DNA of 63,326 bases, filler included, from Intoshia linei (Eukaryota; Animalia; Orthonectida): assembly GCA_001642005.1 (NCBI GenBank). It is 8 parts of 8 records of this genome, joined end to end, with 100 filler letters (N's around TTAATTAATTAA, not from the genome) between each part and the next. Parts side by side here need not be neighbours in the genome. Positions count along the whole stretch, not along the records: positions 1 to 20,775 come from LWCA01000671.1; 7 more parts are not named here. The stretch is one strand, 5' to 3'. The notes under the pieces are model-generated. The model saw nothing but the letters and a program-made list of their open reading frames with translations. It was not told where the DNA came from and did not search any database. This document shows positions 1-15,200 of the stretch, in pieces. Position 1 is the stretch's first letter; each line of letters begins with the position of its first letter. A program made the position numbers and the translations under genes.

Positions 1-236
1 ATATATAATAATAAATATATAAAATAAACATGATTTTATTTACTTTAAATTTATTTATAAAACTACAATTTTAAAATTTAATCTACATTGTCAATTTATT
101 TTAAATTTAATCTAATAATTAAATTAAAAAAATTGATCAAAATCGTATTAGTAATTTTCTAAATTTACACATTTTAAACACAATGTCAATTAAAATATGA
201 TAAAGTTTTATAATTATTATAATACAATATAATTAC

Positions 237-3200
237 CTAAATTTATCAATTATCTCATGGATAGCGTAAGGAAATTTTAATTTGATATTTTTCTCCAAAA
301 AATCCAGTAGGCACTGAAATATAAATATAAGTAATATGATTTATTATCAAGAATGTCTCATTTGCTAATAAGAGCGGTGTGTTCCTTTAACCATGATTTA
401 GTTCAAGGTGATCCAAACACATGACGAGTGGCGGATTCATCATTCCACCCCTCTTAATATTGTACTCTTACTCCAATTTCAAAAGCATCGTTCTCCCATG
501 TAATATGCATTATGTATGTACAGGGTGTCACATTTTTTCAAAAATTTTAGAATTTGATAGATACTTAGCATTAACTGTGTGTATTTTTAAAAAATAAACT
601 CTAAAAAATAATCAAAAACAACTAACGATATATATTCTCTGTGCCTTTAACATTTTAAATAAACCATTACAAATTTATAGTAAAATTAAAGTGTAACGTT
701 ATTTTGTTTAAAAACAGTGTTATAGTAAATTTTCATGGTTTACAGAGTATGATATTAATAACTGTTTATAACTAACCATCATACTTTTTTAATTTTCATT
801 TTAGCTGTCTTAGTTCGATTTTTCTAAACGATTGAATTTCTTAAATTTAGTGTATAAATTTGTATGTGTGTATGGCATGTGTATGTAAATATGTATGGCA
901 AATGTAAAGTGAAAAAAATATTTTGAAATTAATTTATTATTTCACCGACACAGAAGTGAAACTTAAATGCATTTTAAAATATAACTTTTTATATTAAATA
1001 TGAAATTCAAGTGGATTAAAATATTCAAACCATTATCTGCCGATCAGTGATTCGAATAAAATAAAATTACAATCAGTTTCTCGTTAATTTCAATGATATT
1101 ACACTTAAAACATGTTTAAGCGAGTCTTTCTGGGTTCCAAAAAAGTTTATGAAAAATTTAAATTTCATGTATCGCTCAAATGAGAGAAACAAATAAGATA
1201 ATATGGGTAGAAAAAAATAGCTTTATGTATAATTTAAATTTTATTTACAAAACATTTTAAAATTTAAGTTAAGTTAACATTATTCATGGTGCATACTAAT
1301 TGTTGTAATTTTTCTTTATTTTTTGTTATAAGTAAAGACCTCTTGACTTTAGATAGTGCTCGCTCAGCACCATCATTAACTACTGGTGGAACCCCAATAT
1401 TTGTAATATTAAGTCCCATATAGTAATTGTGATTGTCATGCTTATCAAACACAACATTACATATAGCTTCCAGCGATGTTGATTCAATGCTTAATTTGTG
1501 CCAAAATTCTTCGTTTCAACATCATTGCGATATGCATTTTTAGTGTTGCTCGCATCTTAATCATAATAATTTTCATCCGCATCATAATTTAACTTTGATT
1601 TTAAAATGGAAATAACAAAATAACAAAATTCTTTGTAATTGTCCCTATTAATTATTTTGTAATTTTTTAATTGCGTAAAGATATAATAAACGTCAGAAAA
1701 GTATATTGAAAAATTGATAAAAATAAAATAAAATTCAAATTGATTTAAAAAATAATAATATATTAATTTGTAATTTTTTTGTCGTGGAACGCACAGCGAG
1801 TAGATATCTTTGTCAAATATAAGTTTATATTAATTGGTTTTTCCTTTAAAATACACCATTTGCACGCTAACCATCCTTGATTCTTTAATGGGTGTGATAC
1901 CCTAATGTAAATACTTGACTTAATAATTTACATTTCATTGTATAATTGCAGCTATATCGATGACGATGATTATTTACTCGTTTTACAAAATCTATCACTA
2001 AACAATTTCGCGGGCCAGACACTTGGATCTGTCGGGCTGATAATTTCGATTCAAATGCAATTATAATATCATAGAATTCTGTTATCATTTTACATTTGTC
2101 AGTTAATTTCGTATTTAAAGTATTAAAATAGCCTGTAATATCTATCATGAAACATAAATATGACTGTCATAACATATTTGTAATTTGTTAAAGTGGCTAT
2201 TTTTAAATTCAAGTAATATTTTTAATTCTGGTAGTAAATTATAAAACCTTTCCACCATTTTTGATTTGGAAAACTACCTTGCATTAGTAAATATAATACA
2301 TCATTAAAATCACTCCAACATTCTTTTAAAAACGACTGATAAAATAAACGATAATTAAAAACGATAAATGTGAAAATACCAAGTAAATTACATGAAATAC
2401 AATAAATATAATATTTTTAAATTTTGATTCTAGGTCGATTTTTGTTTTTTTTATCGACGTTCTAATTTCGGTTATTTGAAATGGTATTTGTAAAACGTCT
2501 ATAAAAATTATTGCATAAATATCGAGCTAGAATCAAATTTTATAAAATTGAAATGTTTAGTTAAGCGTAAGTGTTGAGACCATAAAATATAAACCATGAA
2601 AACGTACCACAATGTTGTTTTTGCAAAAAATAAAGTTAAATTTAAATATTTCTATACGATTTTTAAAAGGATAATTTCAAATGATTAACACAACTCAGAT
2701 AAGTATCATTAGATATTTTTAATTGCAACATAGTGCTTCTATTTTATAAATACACACATTGATTTCTAATCGCCCATTAAATTCTAAAAATTTAAAAAAA
2801 ATGTGACACCCTAATGCAGTGCTTTCCAACCATTTTTGGTTGGTGATACATATTTCAATATCAAAAAATTTCGCGACACACCAATCAAAAAAATTAACGA
2901 TTGATTAATAAATATAGTTTATCATCTTTATAAAATTTATCATCATCACTAAAAATATTTTTGATTTGCATTTTTACGTCTTCTAGTTGTATTTTTTGCT
3001 AATGGAATTTAAAAAAAATTAAATAAAATTTAAGTCTGGCGACACACAAAAGTGTCACAACGCACCGGTTGGAAAGCACTGCCCTAATGTATAGTGCTAA
3101 ATGAGGAAATTTTTTTAGATGAGTCTATAGTTGAGCGGCTCTGATATATAACATAATATGTATAAGATATATGTAATATTACCTTTTGAACATAGATATT

Positions 3201-6200
3201 ACCATCATTTAAAATTGATATAGATACATCAACGCACGATTCCACAATATCGGAATCTAATAAGTTATTATGCAATGTTATGTGTTTTATGATAGGCGGT
3301 ATAATAAAACAATCGCATATTAGATTTTGTTTTTTTATTAAAGATAATCTTTCCAATTCTTTCATCTATACAATATATTTATTAACATTATGTGTTTATG
3401 AGTTTTAAAAACCAAGTGCAGTGGAAATACATTTTTTAATAAATTTTGTTATACATAGAAATGTGGATTGTTCGGCCGAGAGCTGACGGTTTATTTTCTA
3501 ATTTTTTTAAAATTTTAATATTGAAATCACAGCAGATAATTTGAAACAAAGAATAAATTATCATTTGAATCAAGAGATAAAATACTACTTTCGTCATATT
3601 TCGTTCTATAAATTTCTTATTTCATCGTGAAACAGTAGAATTATTTTTTTTCGAATTCAGATATATTTAAGTTTTTTATCCTCATTTATATAAAAGGCTA
3701 CTCAATTTTTGTTTGTGTGTCTGTGTGTGTGTGTTCCACTTTATTGAAATAATTACCACTCTTAGAATTTTTTAAAGACCACATTTCAATTACAGTTTTT
3801 TCCGGGATGTATAATAAGATAAATTTCAATTTCCCAATTTCACATCTTACGGGTCAAAAACCCCTGTTGTCCCTCTTTTTGAAAATCAAACAAGTTGAAA
3901 AATTTAAAAAAATATATACGCTGATGCGGATTTTAAAATCATAAACATTATCCATAATTTTAAATGCTGATGCGGATTTTAAAATCATAAACATTATCAT
4001 AAATTTAAATTTAAAAAAATACACTGATGCGGATTTTAAAATCATAAACATTATCATAAATTTAAATTTAAAAAAATTATATTTTCAGGGCCAAAACCCC
4101 AAATTACCCTTCTTTTTTTAATGAAAAAAGCTCTAGAATTTTAAAAAATTTACAGGTGGTGCAGTTAATCCGAAAATTAAAAAAAAAGATTATTCTTATA
4201 GTGCTTATTCCAGTTGATATAAATATAAAATTTCAACCATAGAAATCTACGCATTCTCGGTGAAAAATAATTTTTAATATATTATCAACCAATATTTTGC
4301 AAATATTTCAATTAAAATCAAAAATTAAAAATGTAAATATTTATCCTACAATTTCAATAATAAATGTGCATTGTACGTCTACATATTTCCGATAAAGACA
4401 TATGGTTAAAAATCTATATAATTCATTCATTCGCAATTTTTAAATTTTAAATTTTTATTTTGAAAACATTCTTATTAAAACATTACAATTTAAATAAGAA
4501 ACTACAACAACAAAACTAAAAAACTTTGTTAATATCATTTTTATGTTATAATCCTTTGCAATAATGGTAAAATTCGACTGAAATGTTTATAAAGTAAAGA
4601 TTCAGTTAATTATGAATACACAATTTGTATTTTTAAGTATTTATTAAATTCAACATGAATTTATTTTTTTGTTATAATAAAAATGTGCCCTCGGCAGAGC
4701 TAGGTGCTGTTTGTACGTAGTACATAACAGTCAAGCTAGTAAAATATAAAACAAAGTTTGGATCACATGAATTGTCTATCAATAATGTTAACATTTATCG
4801 TTAATTTTTAAATTTAAATTTTAAAAGGTCTCTTTGTATATATTAATGAGTAGCTTTAGGATTAAACAAACTAAATTGAATATATAAAAAATTGATTTGA
4901 TTATTTGATAGGTATGACATCTTGATGAGAATGTGAATAAAGTGAAATACACAAATGTTAACAAAACAAAATTAAGATGGAATAATTTACTTTAAAGTAA
5001 AAAGTAATGTGATATGACGGTTTTACCTGAAACAGATTTGGGAACCAATCCTTTACAGGATTAATAATATTGAATGGCAGGTTTTTATGTTAGATTTTCA
5101 ACGTGAATTTATTTCTTTGTTAGAATAAAAATGTGCCCTCGGCAGAGCAAGGTGTGTTTGTACGTAGTACATGACAGTCAACCTAGTACATTATAAATTA
5201 CAAATCAATAGTGAAATGTACATAAAATAATTGCATATATTATTTACAATTTCATCTTTATCTTCATTTTCATCAGTTAGTGACTCATTGTCACTGTCGT
5301 CGGAACATTCATAATCATCATCGTCGTCTGGCTCATCATTGTAGCAAAACTAAAATAACTGAATATAATTTTAACTAAATTAATTGATGCATATTTAAAT
5401 TGAGATGTATGCTTTAATTATTTAAATTTGAATTTGTGTGTGTTTTACTGTATACAAAAAATTGACATTCGTAAAATTTAAAAAAAATCAAGTTTTAATA
5501 TTTTTTTCACAGAGCGTATTGGCATCATTTTTTAAATATGATTTATTTTCCAAATATGAGTCCTTCAGGGCCTAAAACCCAATTTGCCGTATAGTTTAAA
5601 AATAAAATCAGCCCAAAAATTTTATAAAACATAAATTCTGAGATAGTTTTTAAAATCATAAGCATTATCATAAATTTAAATTCAAAAAAATTATATTTTC
5701 AAAGCCAAAACCCCAAATTACCCTTATTTTTTTAATGATAACAGCCCTAGAATTTCAAAAAATTTACAGGTGGTACAGTTGTATCCTGTTAACGACTTTC
5801 AATCCGAATAAGTGACGACTTCATCAAAAAAGCATTTTAGTATTCATATATTTTGTTTTTGATATATTTTTTTAAAACAAAAAATGTGAAATAATTAACT
5901 GTCCGAAAATTAAAAAAAAAATTCTGATAAAGCTTATTCCAATTGATATAAATACAAAATTTCAACCCAGAAATCTACGCATTCCCGGTGAAAAAGAATA
6001 TTTAATATATTATCAACCAATATTTTTCAAATATTTTGATTAAAATAAAAATTGAAAATGTAAACATTGATCCTACAATTTCAAAAAAAATGTACATTTT
6101 ACGTCTACACATTTCCAGTAAAGACATATGGGTGAAAATCTATATAATTCATTCCTTCAAAATTTTTTTCATTGCTACGCAATTTTTAAATTTCAAATTT

Positions 6201-9200
6201 TCATTTTTCAAACATTTTGAACAACATCTACGGCAACGAATTCTACGCAATTTTTATATTTGAAATTCTTATTTTCAAAATATTTTGAATACAAATTTAG
6301 GAAATTATAGATTAAATTATAGAAACTACACAACGAAACTAAAACAACTTTGTTAATATCATTTTTATATTTATTACAATCTTTTGTAATAATAGTAAAA
6401 TTCGACTGAAATGTTTATAAAGTGAAGATTCAGTTAATTATTGATACACAATTGGTATTTTTGAGTATTTATTAAATTGGTACTGAATATATATGATCAC
6501 ATTGAAAATGACAAAATAGGTTTTTATAATTTTATTTTTTCTGGAATTTATGCTATTTATGAAAATTTTTAAAAGATTGGACTGTTTTTATTTTATTTTT
6601 AATATTATACACACATTCTGTCTACTAAATTAAACTAATGGGATAACAATTGTTTTTAAAATTTTATACGCAAATGTTTAAAACAAACAAAAAATTAAGA
6701 TGGAATAATTCACTTTAAAGTAAAAAGTAATGTGATATGATGTTTCCACCTGAAACAAATTTAGGAACTAGTCCTTTAAAGAATTGATAATAGTGAATAG
6801 TAGAATTTTTAAGTTAGATTTTCAACATGAATTTATTTTTTTATAAAAATGTGCTTTCGGCAGAGCTAGGTGCTGTTTGTACGTAGTAAATAACAGTTAA
6901 TATAGTCGTAATATAAAATTGTATGAAGTAATTCGTCATAAAAAATTTAAATTTTTATCTTAAAACATCTATTTTCATTCTAATAATAATTTATAGGCAT
7001 GAATTAAATTAAATATACATATATACTTACATTTTTCATTTCATTGAATATAACTGGTAAAATTGTATCATTTTTATTGCATATGACGTTATTGAAGTAT
7101 TCATTAAGTAGATATAAATGGTTGGTTGATTTCTACATTTAATATATTAAGGAGTATATTCGATTTACAAAATACTCAATTTATTAAGAAATACCGTTAA
7201 ATATGGTATCATGTCTTTATTTTCTTTAACTAGTCCAAGAAGGTAAATTTTATAGAAATGAATGAACGAGTAAATCTTTTTCCATCTAAAAAGTATCCAT
7301 ATTTACCTTTAATATTTATTTAAGTCTATGCATTCGCTATTGAGGACACTTGAATCATATTAAATCAAACTCATACACCATAATCAATCAATTCAGTATA
7401 TAAGGATATTATTCGTATATTATATATTGTAATATTATAATCATTTCTTAAATGTATTACAAATACACCTTAAAACTTAATGCTTTCCAACCCATTTTGG
7501 TTGGCGACACAAATTTCAATCTGAAAACTTTTTGCGACACACCAATCTAAAAATATACTATTGATTTGTTGAAACGAAATTTTTTCTAATAATAATCTCA
7601 AAATAAATATAAAATTACTGCTCCACTATACAATAATAATTATTGCATTATTAATATATGTAATGTTATTAAAAAATTACATTTATATAAACAAGATTTA
7701 AATTAATTTTTTCATTATTTCAAAAATGTGCGTGAACGATATGAAAAGGTATATTTCATGTACTGCTATTGATGATATATCATTACTAATTTGATGTTTG
7801 ATTTATTGATTTTGACTGTAAAATAATAATTTTGGTGATGAATTTAATCAAATTTAGTGAGAAATAACGCTATTCTAGTTATTTAAAAATTTTATTTATG
7901 CTATTTAGAACCAAAAATTTTATTTGGTCACAAATTTTAAAAATTAAATAAATTTTAAATAGTTTGCCGACACATTTGGAGATAATTGGCAACACAAAAA
8001 TGTGTCGCGACACACCGGTTGGAAAGCACTGCCTTAAAACAATTGAATTATATAATTCCTGGATATCTATCACTCAATTGTGAACTTTATACTTTTATGT
8101 TGTAGTTAATAAATCATAATTATATTGATTTAATTATATATTATTTTGAATTTATTATATTACAATTCAGATTTGTATAACGGCAAAGTATTGAAACACA
8201 TCATAATTTTTTTTTTGCGTTGATATTGCATGCAAAATTTTGTATTTTTAGTTTTTTTTTTGGTATTAGTGATCTTCTATATTAAATAAAACATCAATTT
8301 GAGATAATTATATAATTTGTACACATTATAATTACATTAATATATAATTACACTATTTTCTAGAAAATTAATCAGTACTTCTAATTGTCCTGAGCTCTGT
8401 AAATAAATGAATTAGAAAAATTGTTGCCTTATAACACTAGTCAACAAAATGAAAACTATTTTCGATGATCTGTATGAAATGAATATTATTAAATAGCTGC
8501 AACTTTTTTGGTAAACCAATAGTTTACTTATATATAGTCCAAATTGTAATAAAAAAAGGGATAATTAAAATATCAAAGCAACTAGAATATTTTAATAAAT
8601 CGAAATTAATTAAAATTTGTACAATTAACGTGTATAAATTTAGAAACTTATTTAATTTTTGATTTTTATGGTTTGTTTTTAACGTAGAAAAATATTTTAA
8701 TCTGTTATAAGTACATTTGTATTCAGATCTTTTATTTACAAAATATTGTTAATAAAAAACATTTATATTTAAGACGATTTATTTGTTTTTTATGTAAAAG
8801 TTATCATAAAACTACTTTAATGTAGATTGTACATTAAAGAAAGTTTATATATTGTAGAACTACTTTGTAAATGTAGTTTTTAACGTATATAATATATTAT
8901 ATATAATAATTAATAATAATATATATAAATATATAACACTAGACGACACTGAAAAATCATCCCTAACAATATTTATATCATTTCATTCAGGAATATAAAA
9001 AAGTAATTGTGGTATCCTAGAGAATATAGAAGTAGTGAGAAAGTTAGGTTATTAATAAATACTTTAACAACACGTTGTAAAATTACAATCATAGTCTTCA
9101 ATACTAAAGTAATTAATATGAAAAAATAAATGTAATATTAGGTCTAATTAATCCATAAATTTATAATTTGTAAAAAATTAAAAAACCTTGATATTTAAAT

Positions 9201-12200
9201 TTAATAAAGTTTAATTAGTTCTTATCGTTTAAAAAAATGGAAGAATGCAATAAAATCATAAATAGAATATGTTATGTATGTGCGGTATACTTTGCTAAAA
9301 GAAAAAAATGTATGATATTAAAAAGTGTAGTAATATAACTACAAATTACCAATTAGAAATACAATTTAATTCTTAACTCCCTTTAAAAGGTGTACAACCT
9401 GCTATATATCATTGAAAAAGAGAAATAAAAGATTTTCCCTTCCTAGAATATGGGGATTGCCGTGTTATCCTGAAAATTGTTATTACTATGAAATTATTTT
9501 AACTGTAAATCTCAGTAAATCGTCTAATTGGACCAATTATCCATTAATAAATTCATCCAAGCGATTAGCTTTGATTGAAAATGATATAAGTCTGAAAACT
9601 TTGATGTCCGAAAATTCACTTATAAGTGACTCCAGTTTAAAAGACAAATTATTTACTGACATACATGTATGTACCCAAAAACCCGAAACAAAGGATGTAA
9701 ACACAATTATATCCACTATGCAGTTAACCAAACGCAATAGTGAGTTGCTAGCGAGTTGGCTAAATAAGTGGAATCTGACTGATGCTTTCAGATCGTAAAT
9801 ACATAGAACAAGACATGGTATTTATTTAATTTTATATCGAACATGCAGGGTTTATTTGTTTTCCGGACGCAAGACAACTAATGGATGCACTTAGCATAAG
9901 GTACATATTAAATTCATCAATTTATCTACTGTCGTTAGATATTATCCGGAAAAATGGTACCTGTTTATAGATAAATCCACTAGTAATTTAAAAGTTATTT
10001 TAATACACGTGGACCAATCTTATCCACTATTTATAATAGGATATTTAAATACCAAAAAAGAAAGTTACGACAATATTAAATTAATGCTTAATTACATTAA
10101 TTATGATAATTTCGGTTGGAGAATTTGTGGAGATTTTAAAGTAATTCCTTATGCCAATTATTTTATTTATATTTTGTTAGATTTTGGCGTTTTTAATGGG
10201 AATAAAAACTGGAAATGTTAAATACCCATGTTTTTTCTGTTTATTTAGGGGTAAAAATAAAACAGATCACTATTCTCGTAACTGCTGGCATCCAAGAGAA
10301 GATTATATTATTAGAGAATTCAGTGTCTATCAGGATCCACTAATCAATAAATCTAAAATAATTCTTCCACCACTTTATATAACACTAGGTAAACTTACTG
10401 TAACAATAACATCAATAATTATTTTTAATTATTAGGACTAGCTCGACAGTTTCCATGTAAATTATTTAAACAATACAATCTGATAAACCATGTATTAAAA
10501 TTAAAATTTCCTAATGTGTCAGAATCGAAACTCAAAAATGGAATATTAATTGGTCCACAAATAAACTTATTAGCTGAACATATTCCATTTTACCAATCAC
10601 TGGATGAAATTGAAAAATCGGCTTGGTCAACTTTCATTAACGTCAAAAACAAATTCCTTGGAAATAAACGTGATTCGAATTATAAAGATTTAATAGAAAT
10701 AATGATAAATAATTACGGGTATTGTATATGCAGAATTTTATAATATTGTATTTAGTTGCATGGGATGGTTAATTTCTTATAAGGTTCATTACATGAATTG
10801 TCACGTAAGCCTATTCATGCATGACTGTGGAAAATACTCGGACCAACACGGCGAACGTTTTCATCAAACGTTGTCTGTATTTGAAAAGAGATATAAGAAA
10901 CAGAATGCACTTAATATGATTGGAGATTATTTATGAACATTAAAAATTTTATTTGTTAATAAACTTTAATAATTAATTTTTTATCATACGTTTAAAAATA
11001 ATTTAAGGGGTCTAGACTTTAGGTAAACCCCCTCTATCCATTGAACTTTTTAATAAAAATTTTATATGTGTTATAAATAAAAGTATCTAAATAGAATCTA
11101 TTCGTGTAATTTGGAAAAAATGTTTTATTGGGAAGCTTCTCAGTAAATGACCCTAATATTTGCTTTTTTTGGTTGTTGATATTTTCCATAGATACATCAG
11201 AAACTATTTGGCCTATATCCTTCTTCAACGAGCTAATTCAGAAAAAATCAAAAATTCCATGTATGCCCATCCGACCTGGCTATATTTTCTACTATTCACA
11301 TTCAGGGATGTCGAAAAAAATTTCCGATTTGTCGTCTAGTGTAATATAATATAATATATAATAATAAATCTATAATATATATTATACATATATAATTTTT
11401 TTAAATATCAGATATGAAACGGTTAATAAGATGTGTATAAAATAACCAAGTGTATCTTATATATCATATTCAGCATTAAACTATCTACAAAATTATATCA
11501 TTTTTGTGCAGATTCATTATAGAGTGTTGACTAGTGTAATATTCGTTAGGGCTATTCAAAAAAACTCATAAATTAAATAAAATTAGTTGATGTTTGATTA
11601 TTGGATATATATATAACATGTGAAAAACTAGATAGTTTAAATATATTCAAAATATGATGTATGATAAGAATAATTAAATCTCGTCATGTTTTATATAAGT
11701 AAAATATTAAAAACATGAATTTTTATTTTAGAATGCCAATGCATTCAAAATGTTGGTAACGCGAACAGCCCTTATAAGCGTATATTATATTATATTGTAT
11801 AATATTATTTTACTTTAATATCATTAGTATTTGAAAAATTGAAGATGTAGTTCAAAGCAAATTCAGTAATTTTGACAAGTGGAGATTTTAAAGAATGATC
11901 AAAGTTATAGGTGTAGTTTAAATGGAAAATATAACTCAACTTTTTATCAAATCCTTCATATGATAATAAATTATTGAGATGCATGTAAGACTTTTCTTGT
12001 TGAACAATAATCTATTCGTATTAAATGTCAAAATTAAATATTAGGAATCATAATTATGACTCAAACAATAATAAAAAAAATTATATATATAAGTATTTTT
12101 ACATTTTTTTGGTGCCAATTAGTACATGTTTTGATTAAAATGATACACAACCTTTCGACATATGTATCATCACTATTGTTATGCAGATAAAGAATGTTTA

Positions 12201-15200
12201 AAACCGAATAAAGAGCATATACATATTCATGGTAAAACTAAATTTATGCCATTAATAATGATACCATCGAATTGCAGTTCACCTTGAACTAATACTTGGA
12301 AAAATAAAAATGGTCTATTTTAGTCATGTTTTAAAAAATTTGATAAAATGTAAAATCCTAACTCGTCGTTATAAAAGTCGACCATCGGTAAAGCTAGCTG
12401 ATGTTATTACGAAGAACATAACAGTCAAGCTGGTATACTATAAAATAACCTCACCAATTCATAATTCAAATTTTTTATACTAATATTTTGATATAATCTT
12501 TCATTTTCACAAGTAATCTCGTAGTCATTTCGAATGTTTTCAATTTTACGGAGTAAATTAAAAATAATTTTTATAATATTCTTGTTCATTGAAAATTCCA
12601 TAATTTCCTTAATTTGGACTAAAATGAATTAATTCAAAGATATATATTTTAAAAATTATTGATTATTTAATATTTACATGTAGCGAATAATATCCAATCA
12701 TTGTTTTTCATTAAATTATATTGTACACAATTTAATACAGCAATAAAAATATTCCTAGTTTCTTTTCTTAACCGTGAGGATATTTTGCTAAATATTATAC
12801 ATATTATAAATATTACAACGTAAATTCGAATTTTCAGTTTCACGCGAAAATTATAATTTATAGTTTAATTTCGAATAAAAAAATAAAAAATTAGTTCCAT
12901 TCAATAAATAATTAAACTATAATAACTTAATATATTTTATAGTGGCCAAATTTCGATGACAAGATATTTTCAGCCTATCAAGTATGTACCCAATATTTCT
13001 ATACAAATATGTATATCATAAAAATACCGAAAATTTTAACTTTACTTTTCTAGTGTTTAGGAAGAGTTATTTACATACATGCAGTAGATATATAAAGCTA
13101 CATTTTTATTGTTTATCAAAAAAAGTTGATTTGTAAGTTCATTAAAAATGATATATCTATTGATAAAAATTATATATTACATAGATTTGTCTGAATATAC
13201 AAATTTTAAGTGTCGACAAATTATTGGAAGAGTGATGTATAAATCCATACTAGTATTGTAATCAAAATTTATACTTTTCGCCAATATTAAAAGTAAATTA
13301 TTGTAATATTCCATGAAACGTTGATCAGAAAAAATGTTATATTTAAATATATTGTTCTGTGCTATGGATATGGTAATAAAAAAATAAAAATTTAATATAT
13401 ATTAATCATACAGGATTTCATACAGTTTTGAGATACTGAATACAATTCAGATAGGATTCCGCAGCACATTGCCAATTTTATTTTATGTCTGAATGTTAAT
13501 ATATGTATATGATGTATTTCTTACGTAATAAATATGAATTTCAAATCTCTAAAAAAAATATCAATTTTATATAATTTTGAATATTTTAAAAAGTTTCATA
13601 ATTAAAACTCTATAAAACGATATTAAGAGTTTGATGACAATTTATATATGAAATATAAATTAAAGTAATTATACACAAATAAATAATTTACTAAACAAAA
13701 TGGACCAATGATAATTAATGATAAATTGTTAAATATTTTGTTTATTTGACCAAAATGTCAATGATAATGAAATTAGAATTTTTCTTTATCTTATTCTCTC
13801 ATATTCTTACACTCTTATGTATTATTTATAAGATTTTAATATGAAAACTGTATCAAACGATAAGAAGATAAAATAGAGCGATAAAATATACTCCGTATTA
13901 ATACTAAATTAATTTTTTAAAAACTAAATAATATTTATAGTAGATTGTGAAATATTGAAGCATAGCCAATAACGCTAACAATAATAAAAATAAGATTAAT
14001 CAAAGTCAGGAGTATGCTTATTTAATTTTTAATATGTTCATTAAGTTTAGTGAAGTGAGACAGTAACTACATATATAATAATATATATGCATTAGTAAAT
14101 ATGCATGACTTAAGATTACTAAATTAACAATAAAAATACATACGTAAAGATGTGAACATAATGAGTGCATCTCAACATTAATTCCAACATTGAATTTAAA
14201 TTTATTTTCAGTTTTTCTTCTAAATATATATTATATAAACCATGTATAAAAAAAATATAAATATATAGATAATAAAAAAAATAATAAATATAATATATTA
14301 TAATAATAATTCTAACTCATATAAAACACGATTTTTGTTTGTGTGTGTGTCGGTGTGTCCTACTTTATTGAAATAACTAGCACACTTAGAATTTTTTAAA
14401 GACAACATTTCAATTACAGTTTTTTCCGGGACGTATAATAAGATCAATTTCAACCTCCCAATTTCACCTCTTAAGGGTCAAAAACTCCTGTTTTCCCTCT
14501 TTTTGAAAATTAAACGAGTTGGAGAATTTAAAAAAATATACGCTGATGCTGATTTTAAAATTATAAACATTATCATAAATTTAAATTTAAAAAAATTATA
14601 TTTTCAAAGCTCAAACCCGAATTACCCTTCTTTTTTTTTGAAAAAAGCTCTAGAATTTAAAAAAATTTACAGGTGGTACAGTTGTATCCTGTTAACACAA
14701 AAAATTTCAATCCGAATAAGTGACAACATCACGGTCAAAAAAACATTTTAGTATTCATATATTTTTTTTTCAAAATATTTTATTAAAACAAAATATGTGA
14801 AATAATAAATAATAACAGTTCGAAAATTTAAAAAAAACATTATTCTAATAGAGCTTATTTTATTTGATATATATACAAAATTTCAACCCCAGAAATCTAC
14901 GCATTCCCGGTGAAAAATAATTTTTAATATATTATCAACCAATATTTTTCAAATGTTTCGATTAAAATCAAAAATTAAAAATGTAAATATTAATCCTAAA
15001 ATTTCAAAAAAATTTGATTTGTACATTTCCAGTAAAAACATATAAGTGAAAATCTATATAATTCATTCCTTCGAAATTTTTTTCATTGCTACGCAATTTT
15101 TAAATTTCAAATTTTTATTTTTCTAACTTTTTGAACAACATCTACGGCAACGAATTTATAAAAGTTTTGATACTAACTTAATATGAAAATGTTAAAAAAA

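Larger units (their letters stand above)
521..2816. mobile_element. Composite non-autonomous TIR element(s) with (TA)CAnTAGGGTGTCAC-type ends, in a RyR intron
   Basis: cagggtgtcacattttt at 521 and aaaaatgtgacaccctaatg at ~2797-2816. Long imperfect inverted arms (~521-850 vs ~2520-2810). An internal end gtgataccctaatgta at ~1894-1909. Related right ends at ~17560-17888 and ~33800-34031. Confidence 0.65.
8435..11536. mobile_element. CACTA-ended (Chapaev3-like) non-autonomous element hosting a nested transposon
   Basis: TAA|CACTAGTCAACA at 8435 and TGTTGACTAGTG|TAA ending 11536. Similar subterminal sequence at ~8466-8490 and ~11490-11520 (inverted). Confidence 0.7.

Noticed and set aside
3854-4057. 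ORF with repeated MIMFMILKSAS, or a CRISPR-like array
   Set aside because: It is the antisense reading of a tandem duplication inside the Helitron, with no unique spacers and a eukaryotic context.
6036-6263. ORFs 6036-6263, 14503-14751, 15824-16021, 7879-8073 and 42923-43123
   Set aside because: They lie in or overlap Helitron/MITE sequence and show no protein motifs.
8400-8470. Apparent GC-AG intron and extra RyR exon
   Set aside because: No frame joins without a stop, and the sequence is the left end of the CACTA element starting at 8435.
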